Assembly: GCF_004010195.1 (NCBI RefSeq)
Contig: NC_057752.1
Location: 2,978,222 to 3,042,221 of the forward strand
DNA from: Chiloscyllium plagiosum
Lineage: Eukaryota
DNA: 64,000 bases
Direction: 5' to 3'
In this document: positions 27,228 to 37,637 of the stretch, in pieces
Numbering within the stretch: position 1 is the stretch's first letter
How the letters are laid out: every line of letters starts with the position of its first letter
The notes under the pieces: model-generated
Databases searched by the model: none
Seen by the model: only the letters and a program-made list of their open reading frames with translations
What the model was told of the DNA's origin: nothing
Made by a program: the position numbers and the translations under genes

Positions 27228-28394
27228 ACATTTTACAGATGGGAACAGAGGGCAGACTTACACAAGGAAGCAGACAAACAGTGAGGCTAAGAGATGGGCA
27301 AAGTGTCATGACAGGAGGAGAACGTATCTGCCAACCACACTGGAACATGTGGCCCAAAGTTGTTTCTCGTTGGTGCGAATGGGGACGAGGATCAAAATTC
27401 TGTGCAGGTATTGTCCTTGCTATATCTCTGTCTATCTTGCACCAACAGGGTATGTCTGGGTAAGAAAGGAGGGAGAGATTCCCAAAAATGTAATATTGAA
27501 ATAGATTTAAGGAGCAAATGCGCAAATTTCAACATTCACACCGGGGATGGAGAGGTGTTCAATGCTCCCTGCATTTACAGGACAGGTGCCATTTTTGATC
27601 TGATTTTTGGAGGTAGCAGAAGTACGACACTGTTCCATCTTTTTATTGAACCATATTTTGGCTTTAGGTTTCCAGCTGGCACACTGTACCATGTGTATGC
27701 CTATGGGACCATTATGTGGAAGTAGTAAAGAAAGGATAGCATGCAGGCGAAGGTGTCCACTCCCTGTTGCCCTGGAAACAGGATCATTAGGCTGGGTTGC
27801 AATTATTTGGGTTTGTTTAATAATTCTTTCCTGCTTGTGATGAAGAGGGAAGGCTGTTACACAGTGCCCTCTGCTGCAGCCTGACATCTAGCCGGGGAGC
27901 CTGGCAGGGTTCTCCCCAAAGAGTAGGGCATCAGAAATGGCACCAATATGAAATTAAGGGCTCCTCCACACACCGCTCGATGCCACCAGAAACTATCAGC
28001 AAGGAACAGCAGAGGGCAAAAGTTGCTTCTCTGGCACTCAGAAGACACCTTTTATTTTAAGGCCCCTTCATGAAGCCCTTGGTACACCCTCTTCAGCCCT
28101 GCCACTTCTGCGATAGTCAGGGCCAAACGCCAAGCACAGATAAAATGAGGTTGATACAGTTACCAGAACTGTCACTTAAAAACATCGCTGATGTCTTGAG
28201 ACAATGCTTGATTGACCAGGGAGTGCTCTACATCCAGAGGAGAAGGCTGGCAGGATCCAGTTCCTGAAGGGCCACATATGGCCTGCGAGCTTACGATGAC
28301 AGGCTCTCATTGACAAAACCTCGTCTTAGATTTACTAGTCCCCCGTCTTGTCAGTATGCTTTCAGCTATTCATGCTGACAACAAAACAGCTTTA

Positions 28395-28582
28395 CGAAAG
28401 TGAGGACTGCAGATGCTGAAGATCAGAGTCAAGATTAGAGTGGTGCTGGAAAAGCACAGCATGTCAGACAGCATCCGAGGAGCAGGAAAATCAATGTTTG
28501 GGGCAGGAGCCCTTAACGTTGATTTTCCTGCTCCTCGGATGCTGCCTGACCTGCTGTGCTTTTCCAGCACCACTCTAATCTT
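28395..28582. mobile_element. Palindromic Penelope-like insertion (family 2), 15-bp TSD, ribozyme core deleted
   Basis: AACAAAACAGCTTTA at 28380-28394 and 28583-28597; inverted arms gattagagtggtgctggaaaagcacagca.../...tgctgtgcttttccagcaccactctaatc. Confidence 0.8.
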
Positions 28583-29818
28583 AACAAAACAGCTTTAATT
28601 GCATAGGCCTTGGCTGTATATACATTGCTGATAAATCCATTCTGATCACCAGAGAATACTTTATTAAACATCACACCAAGAACACACTCTGGACAAATGT
28701 TGCACGTTGGTAAACCACACTTCACTCCTGAAAACAAATGAGTGATTGGCTTCACTCAAACGGGTGGCAGGTAGAAGTAGGACAGTGGTGTAGCTCAACT
28801 GCAATCTCTGCTGATTTGGTTTGTGGTTCCTGTTGAGGGTAGTCAATTTACCCTGATGTGGCGTGTGTGTTCTGTAGCCTAACCTGTCATTCCTTCTGTG
28901 TGATCCCATCATGGCAGGAGTCTCTGAAGCAGCTGGGTGCTATGCATTATGGAAGCCTCTTTGGAATCCCTATGCCCCGGGCATTGCTTAGGCTCTCTGC
29001 CATGTGTTGAGTAGGGTGGCTTGAAGGTGCAATGTGTCGTCGTCCTGAGAGATTCCATCTTTATCTGTATGGATGCCAACTGTGCCCTGCCACTGGGTAC
29101 TGCCTCATCACGACTATGGGTCAGAATGCCAACACAATTGTTGGCACAGGTTGGAAATATAAGGCCCAGCAAGGGTTATCTCATTGTAATCCCCACGCAG
29201 CTGGAAAGAAGTCTGATCCAGCCTGGAGCCCAAGGTCTCTGCAGCAATATTCTGAACATTCGCAAGAGATGCCAATGATTATAAGCTAGGCCTGTGCCCA
29301 TGGGCACCACAACAGACAGATATGAAGATGCCACCATTTTCAGGCTGGTCGCCAGTTTTGCGAATCCATCTGTTATTAATAACACGCAGAAATGCAGCAA
29401 TTGACTGATAAAGGCTGGCACGGTTTCCAATGGCTGAAGCATTTTTCTGTGCCCAGAAAGCATCCTCTTTCAAAACACAAAACCGGTGGCGTTCACAACC
29501 CTGATCTCAAGGTCCTTGGTCATCTCTATGAACATCCACCATCGCACAATGATGCTGCAGGAATCAGCTAGCAATAGCCCCCTTGAGCTCAATATTGACG
29601 TTTCCCTGGAGTGAAAGAACCTGAGTTACTGAGTGTGAGGGGAAGAGCAAGTGAGAGTGGATGCTCTGAGAAATTGGGCTTGTTTTGAGATACTAACGAC
29701 TGGGCACTGCTTTCTAGTGAGAAACACTAGAGCAGAGGAACACAGGCTGTATAAAGCAGTGAATGTTGACAAAACAGCTTACAACATATGAGATCATGTG
29801 GCATTGCATATTGTTCTG

Positions 29819-30444
29819 TGTTATGTCAGAGCATGACAATACTATGGCTTTCATAGGTGTATTTTCTCCTTGTCTTTAAGAAGAAAGGTTGGAACAGAGG
29901 TGCTAAGCAGTCTGCTTCAAAGCCCATAAACTGCTTGTGAGACCTTGGAATATTCTTCTGAGGTTGGAACAATAGAATCAGCCTGAAAGGGTGGGGTCAA
30001 GCTCCCACAGAACCAGGATGTTTAGATTGAGTTTTTCAGTAGCAGTTGCTGCTGGAGTTTGGAAGCTGTATACGTGTCTCCCTGCTACTCTGAGTTTTCA
30101 TTTTATGTTTTTCCTCCTGAACTGGAGAACTGCATGTGAGTTAGTTATTTTACTGAATTTGCCTTTGCCAAGGGATGTGTTTATGGGACATTACTATATT
30201 GGAATGGTTACTGTTTAGTAGTTAAATAATCAATTCTGGTGTTAAGTTTTCCAATAGAGTTTAGTTTTCCAATTGTTTCTTGTATTTTAACTATACAGGT
30301 AAAGTATGCCTTGCTTTACTGGTCATTTGATGAATCAGATTTGTATCTGGAACGCAATGCCTGGCATTTGCCTTTAAAATAAGACAAAGTTAGGATCCAG
30401 GCTATTAAATACAGTTTGAGGGGAGTTTGGTCTGGTTCACAACA
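29819..30444 (+). mobile_element. Probable solo LTR
   Basis: TGTTATG...CACAACA inverted termini and AT-rich composition distinct from the flanks; no clear TSD. Confidence 0.4.
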
Positions 30445-33079
30445 TTGAGTAGGAAGAGTTCAGCGAGAAAGTACCAACCACCTGTACACAGGGATGGAGT
30501 GGGAAGCACCTCCAAACTCAGTACCCATTGATCTGCCCAGTGGTTCAGAGGGTGTCCACTTACCCAATGATCTGGAGGGTGACCTCCTCAAAATGAACCT
30601 TGAAGAGTGCTGGGTTGAGGAAGAGGGGGAAGGAGAGGGGTTGCTGGCTTCAGTTTGGGGTTGTTCTCTCCTGTGACGAAAGCAGGTGGGAGAACACCAA
30701 ACAGCTAATAATGGACCCGATCGCTCGCAGTGAGGGTGAGGGGGCAGCCCATGTTGCGCCATTGTATTGCATCACTCAGCAGCCTGGCCTTTTAGGAATG
30801 GCTTTGGGTCAATCCTGAAAGGGCCTTTGAACTCACTGAGGTGAAGGCTTCTGGCGCGACCTTCTACTTTGTTCTGTTATGATACACAAAATGCTTCAAA
30901 ATATTGTTAGTGCATGCAAAGAAACACTGCTTCCCTGTGTATCTTGAACAGCAAGTCATGGCAGGAGGTCCTACCTTGGCTGATTTGCGGGATTGCTGCC
31001 AGGTCCTGTATAAATGTTGGGCTCCTCTTATCTGCAGGCACAGTGCCTGGATACCAAACTGTGTCAACCACCTCTGTCGCTAGAACTACAGAAAGATTGC
31101 CATTGCAATGCCAGGAAATGTCGGTGCTTTGGTTGCAGCATGGATTCCTGCTGCCGGCATTCTCTGGTTGAAAGATCATTTTCTAAACCCAAGCAAACCT
31201 TGAGAGTCCAGAGAAATGGGTGCAGCCGTGCAGAAGGGAGCATGATATTGGCTCGTGCTCTGCGTCAAAGGATCTGCACCTATTCTACATCCTGCCAGAG
31301 AGCTGTGAGTGAGCCATTTGGCAGTGCATAAATACATGAACAATGAAAGACAAGAAAAAAAACCTTCCCCCCACTCAGCCCCTTTCCTACACCACCAGCG
31401 ACTCTGTGATCTCCCAACTGAGGTGAGAAACCAGATGTAAATAAACCCTGGCTCATTCAGAACGTCATCTCCATCGCTTGCCAAATGGATCGAGTCAGAG
31501 AGATCACTCTGGCTCTGACAAGGCCACGCTTTTTATACAAGGTGAGCTCTGTCACAGTCATATAACAGCTCCAGCCCTCACTTGAAACAACGTGCAGCAA
31601 ACAGCACTCTTACACAATGGTTGTTTACCTGTTAAAGTAGGGGTCGGCCAGAATTTCAAACCCATTGGGTTTCACAAAAGGGGAGAAATCGTAACCACGT
31701 CAAGGTCAATTTGAATAACGAATGTTTCCACTGGATCTGTGCAAATAGCAGACTGCTGCTGAGTCATGTGTCTGGTGTTACTAACAAGTGGAAATACCTT
31801 CAGAATCTCACACTTTAAAAACCTCTGCCAACAAACCACCCCACCCCCAATTTCTTGAGGAAAAAGCCCTAGCCTGTTCAAGCTTTCCAGATTGTCATAC
31901 TCTCTCCATTCTGATATTGGGCTGGTAAATCTTTTGTTTCCTTTTTTGATCTTGGTGCTCTTGTTTGTATATTTTTAATAGCAGTGCGATACAACTGAGC
32001 AGCTTGCTAGGGTACCTCAGAGGGCGGTTAAGAGTCAACAGTGTTGTCCTGGGTCTGGAGTCGTATCGAGACCAGACTGGGTAAGGATAGCAGATTGCCT
32101 TTCTAAAAGGGAACAGTGAGCCTGGCGTGTTTATATCATAACTTGACAGCTTCATTGTCACTTTTACTGAAAACAATTTGATTTTATTTGATTGGATTTG
32201 TTGTTGCTGTCACGTAGCAAGATGCAGTGAGAAGTGTTGTTTTGCGTGCTCTACAGGCAGATTGTACCATACAAAGTAGCAGAACAGGGTGTACTGTTTA
32301 TAATTCAGTAATAGGTCAGTGTGGAATTGGGATCGATAGCTCAGCTCACTGCCAAATAGGATGCCAAGGGAGGCAACAGTGTGATTCAGAGAATGGCAAG
32401 GATTGGAGTTGATAGCTCAGAAATATCATTTGCGGAGGGGTGAGAGGCCAATGGCTTTGATCTTCCCAATATTAAATGGGAGGACATTTCTGTGCATCCA
32501 GTATTGGATGGTGAACAAACAGTCTGACAAACCGGCTTCGATGAAAGGGTTGATACCATGAATGACTCCCTGTATTCCTCTGTAAATGTCCGAGTTATAC
32601 CTGGCAATAAGGATGTTGCATTTGAATGTAATTGCTTTGCGATAATAGTTTTTGTGGTGATTCACTTGAGGGTGACAGATGCGAAGTCTAAACTAATACA
32701 TTTCTGCCTGGATTTTAAATCCATCACAGCATGGCAGCATGTTTCATTTGGCAAGTCATAAAATCAAGCATTATTGACTAGTTTTCATATTAATATTATC
32801 ATCCTTGAATGACCATAAGCCTCTTGACTTAAAAAAAAACCTGCCTCAAGAATGTTTTGTCCCATGAAAGTTGGCTGCCTTTGTTTTATTCCTGTCACAT
32901 GGGTAATGAGATGAGTAGCATCGGGTTGCTTCATCTTTGCAGACGTTGAGAATCTTCATGGACATGGACTGGCATTTGGCTTGAAAACAGAAGGGACTAA
33001 ATGGCCTTTATTTGTACAATTTCTGACTGTATTGTCCTTGTATGCTTATATCAGTTCTCCTTGAGCCTGTATTCTGCAC

Positions 33080-33670
33080 AGAGTCACACAGCGTGAGAAC
33101 AGACCCTTTGGCACAGCCTGTCTGTGCTGACCAGGTTTCCTAAACTGAACGAGTCCCATTTGCCTGTGCTTGGCCCATAACCCTCTATTGCTTTCCTATC
33201 CATGTACCTGTCCAAATATCTTTTAAATGGTGTAATTATATCTTTCCAATCACTTCCTCTGGCAGCTCATTCCATATCTATGTGAAAACATTGCCCTTCA
33301 GGTCCCTTTTAAATCTTTCCTCGTTCATCTTAAACCTCTAGTTGTAGACTCCCCCTACCTTTGGAAAAGACCTTGGCTATTCACCCTATCCCTGTCCCTC
33401 ATGATTTTATAAACCTCTATAAGGTCACCCCCTCAGTCTCCAACGCTCCAGGAAAAAAAGTCTCAACCTATCCAGCCTCTCCTCAGAACACAAACCCTCT
33501 AGTCTCGGTTAAATGCTTGTCAATCTTCTTTGCACCCTTTCCAGTTTAATAATATCCTTCCTATAGCAGCACAACCTGTATTGTATGCAGTACTCCAAAT
33601 GTGGCCTAACTAATGTTTTATACAGCTATAACATGATGTCCCAACTCCTGTACTCAATGATCTGTCTGAT
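33080..33670 (-). mobile_element. CR1 LINE 3' fragment
   Basis: Homologous to the other CR1 3' ends (cctcatgattttataaacctctataaggtcacccc). Confidence 0.8.
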
Positions 33671-34324
33671 TTTGTGTAAGCGGGTCATAGTGCTTGAAGG
33701 TTTATGCAACTTACCTCCATTCCACATGCTCCCCCTTTTATTGCTCACCCAGTTTATATTGTGAGGCAGTTTGCACACTTATCAGCGTAAGGGTAATGGT
33801 GAATGGAACATTTTGTCCCACGAATAATAAAAAAAAAACAAGTGCCCCAGAATAGTGCTGCAAGGTTTGGCACAGAGTGAACCTGCTATGCCCTAATCCT
33901 AAAAAAAAAGAGTTTGGCTACCTTTTCAACCAAGCTCATCAAAGTATTAATCCATGTCTTGAGACTGCTCATCATTCATCACAAACTGAAACCTTTCTCA
34001 GAGAGAACACAAGGGGTCAGTCAAAGTTGGTGTTTTGCAGTTGTGGGACAATCCAGGTTCAGAAAGAGGGAGCTTTGCTTTCTCGTGATAAGCCCAGCTG
34101 CAGTGTCAATCATGTTTCTTTCGCAAACCTTATATTTGACATCGATGTTCCTCCTTTCTGAAGTGTAGCATCTCCAAAACCTAATAAAGATTTAAAGTCT
34201 TGTCTCTGGTACTCAAAACCCTGATGCCACAACTGGCAACATAACAGAACATAAAAAAGAATGAAAGACCATAACTGATCAGTAACTTGAATGTTTCCAG
34301 CAGGTTAAAGAGACAAATGTGAAA

Positions 34325-34690
34325 AAGAGGAGCGGGTCTAGGCCATTCGGCCCCTTTGAGCCTGCTCTGCCATTCAACTCTTGATCATCCAACACAGTCC
34401 CCTGTTCCGACTTTCTCCCCATACACTTTGATCTCTTTAGCCCTAAGAACTATATCTAACTACTTCTCGAAAAACATTTGGTGTTTTGGCCTCACCTGCT
34501 TTCTTTGGCAGAGAATTTCACAGACTCCCCACTCTCTGGGTGAAGTAATTTCCTCTTCCTCTCTGTCCTACCCCGTTTCATTAAACTGTGACACCTGGTT
34601 CCGGTCATCGGGAGCATCGTTCCTGCGTTTACCCTGTCGAGTCCTGTCAGAATTTCACAGGCTTCAATGTGATCGCCCCTCATTCTCTCA
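34325..34690 (-). mobile_element. CR1 3' fragment
   Basis: The minus ORF reads MRGDHIEACEILTGLDRVNAG, a CR1 ORF2 C-terminal remnant. Confidence 0.65.
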
Positions 34691-34722
34691 GTTGAAAAGG
34701 TAGCGGTAATTTCCAAAACTCA

Positions 34723-34736
34723 CCGCTAGGGGGCAG
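34723..34736 (+). promoter_or_regulatory. Candidate CTCF-binding site
   Basis: CCGCTAGGGGGCAG matches the CTCF core consensus CCRSYAGRKGGCRS at all positions. Confidence 0.45.
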
Positions 34737-36498
34737 TGGCCAAAATGGCTCAAGCCAGGTTGAAACAATTTATTGAGAACCATTTAAGGCACAGAAAGAG
34801 ACTATTCAACTCATGCTGGTTCTCCAAGCAGTAGCCCAGCATATTCTATTCTCTGCCAATTTACCCGAGTGTAGCCCCATTTGCCCCTGGACATCACATC
34901 TATGCTGCCCATCCACCCTTGTGCAAAAGCCACATTTGTTTGAGTCACAGAAAAGCTTGGGACCTTAAGCACGAGGTCAGTGCCAGCAGGTTCAAGGTCA
35001 CCCTGATCGAAACAGTGATCAGGAGAACTAATTGCTTGGCTGCAGTACTGTCTGAGTTCTGCTGCCACAGGGCCTCGTGAACAAAAGCGGACAAAAAAAG
35101 GCATCTGTTTGCTATCTCTGCTGCTGTCAATTCTCCTCTTAATAGCCATTAACAATACCACAGAATCTAATCACAGTTGCACTCAGTTTGATTTGGAAAC
35201 AGATAATTGAGTCCTGTAGACCAGAAGGAATTATTTTTCAAGGCAGTGATATGAATTAACAGTCTAAGGAACAAGTGCCCAATCCCTCTTCGTTAAGGTA
35301 GTTACGACTGTGACGGATGATGAATTCTGTGTAAAATGAGATAAGTTCAAGTAAATGGTCACATTTTCTGTCTCTGACCAACACTGTGATGCTAATTCTA
35401 TATTTCCCAGCAAATCCACAGGACTGACCACAAATACGTGAATGTCCATTTGTACAGATCCTTCAGGCTAAATTGAGAGTGGGGCTCAGAACAGGGCAAA
35501 ATTAAGGCCTCTGCATTGTTACTAATTACTCAATTTGCTCCAATTGCGATCAAGCATGTTAATCTGTGAGCAAGGTAAACCATTCTTTGAGAGCTGAGCA
35601 AGTAAAACGGTTCTGGAATTGATTTCTGAACATGCAAGAGAATATGAGACATTGTCTTACGTGGAGGTGACGGACACAGGAATATATGAACTGGGAAAAG
35701 GTCCACTTGCAGTACGTCAGGTCAGTACCATTCTGAAATACTTGACCTCTCATAATCCTTGATCAAAGGTTTTGTAAGGCAACTCTATTGCCTTTGCAGG
35801 ACAGGTCCAACTAAAAGAATCACACTGCAGCTAAACCATATTTTAACGAGTGAAGCAAGTATTTTTAACATCTTATACATTGCAGTAGAATGAAAGAAGC
35901 CAACACCATAACAAATCTCAGATTAAAATACTTAGGGTGGAATCTTATCGGGGCCTAACCAACAAGAAGTCAGGTGAGGCCTGGCTTGATGTTGGGAGCA
36001 TTTCACTCCAACTTCGATGAGCAGTGAGGTGAGTCACTCACGAGGCAGCAGCGAGTTGCCAATTAAGGGGGATTACAGTTTAAATGCCTTATTAACTGCC
36101 TAACTCACCTCAGTAATATTCAGCTTCTTATTTTAACAAACTCGCCCAATGATCTAGACGTGGAGAATTCTCCACAAGGAAAGCAGAGGGAGCAGCTGGA
36201 GGATTCAGCTCACCGCCCACACTGAACAGTCTCCATCTTAGATACTGGGCATCAACATCTCAGGGCATGCTCCATGGGGAGATGAAAGTGGGTGGCATAG
36301 CTGTTACTGTTGGTACAGGTGCCCTCAGTGAGTGTGTGGGCATGCAGGGTTGGCAATGTTGGGGTGGGTGACAGTGGGTGAGGGAAGATGCTGCAGCAAT
36401 AGAGAGTGGGAAAGCATGAGCCTGGGTGGGAGGTAGGTACAGGAGCAGAGAGAGACAGTGAGAGTGTGAGGTATCGGAGAGAAGATGGCAGCACTTAC

Positions 36499-36740
36499 AC
36501 TGGTGGAGTGGGGAAGGTCACTGACCTTCTTCCTACAGCGCTGCGCATTCCTCCAGACGCTGAGACTGCGCTGAGCCGGGTGGTAACCTCCAACCAGGTT
36601 GGCATGGCCTGGTGCCATGGCCTTCTCTGTTGGACCAGGGAAAGAGGACGTCCTGAGTCTGTATCACCCCATCCAGCACGGCCCCCAGGGTCGCTGTCCA
36701 CAAAGCAGGGGGTGCCAATATCTCCCTGTCTGCCCAGTCC
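36499..36740 (-). pseudogene. Frameshifted Myb/SANT-like (Harbinger accessory protein) exon remnant, copy 1; copy 2 at about 38161-38370
   Basis: Joining the frames gives ...GAVLDGVIQTQDVLFP/QQRRPWHQAMPTWLEVTTRLSAVS/VWRNAQRCRKKVSDL, followed by a GTAAGT donor (36493-36498). The W.EV...S...R...QCRKK..DL pattern is Myb/SANT-like. Confidence 0.5.
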
Positions 36741-36945
36741 CCAGGCAGCTCTGGACTGGCAGCACTTGCCCAGGTGCACAATGGGGCTTTTAAAGATGGT
36801 GCTGGTGCAAGAGGTGCTGGTCCGTTCGGAAATAACCGGTGAGTGACGGACTGTTCTGAGAATGGCTCACTGTAAGGTTGGGTGGGAGGGTGGGAGGAAT
36901 GGGAAATCAGCATGGAAGAGGTCGTGGGTGAGGGGAGAGGAGGTG

Positions 36946-37637
36946 GGCTTACTGTGCTGCTGTCTTGTCCCTCAGCCAGAGATACCAGGCTCACTGTGCT
37001 GCTGACCTGTCCCTCGGTCAGAGATACCAGACTCACTGTGCTGCTGCCCTGTCCCTCTGTCAGCGATACCAGTGCTCACTGTACTGCTGCCTTGTCCCTC
37101 AGTCAGAGATACCAGGCTCACTGTGCTGCTGCCTCATTCCTCAGCCAGAGATATCAGGCTCGCTGTGCTGCTGCCCTGTCCCTCAGCCAGAGATATCAGG
37201 CTCGCTGTGCTGCTGCCCTGTCCCTCAGCCAGAGATACCAGGCTCACTGTGCTGCTGCCTTGTCCCTCAGTCAGAGATACCAGGCTCACGGTGCTGCTGC
37301 CTTGTCCCTCACCCAGAGATACCAGGCTCACTGTGCTGCTGCCCTGTCCCTCAGCCAGAGATACAGGGCTCACTGTGCTGCTGCCTTGTCCCTCAGTCAG
37401 AAATACCAGGCTCACGGTGCTGCTGCCTTGTCCCTCAGTCAGCGATACCAGGCTCACTGTGCTGCTGCCCTGTCCCTCAGCCAGAGATACCAGGCTCACT
37501 GTGCTGCTGCCTTGTCCCTCAGTCAGAAATACCAGGCGCACGGTGCTGCTGCCTTGTCCCTCAGTCATCGATACCAGGCTCACTGTGCTGCTGCCCTGTC
37601 CCTCAGCCAGAGATACCAGACTCACTGTGTTGCCTTG
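36946..37637. repeat. 42-bp minisatellite, about 16 copies
   Basis: Unit GGCTCACTGTGCTGCTGCCCTGTCCCTCAGCCAGAGATACCA, which gives 14-aa repeats in several ORF frames. Confidence 0.95.

Noticed and set aside
27864..27877. Weaker CTCF-like words (also about 22062 and 28007)
   Set aside because: Mismatches to the core; expected by chance in 64 kb.
36946..37637. Repeat array superficially like CRISPR
   Set aside because: Head-to-tail units with no unique spacers, eukaryotic context and no cas genes.
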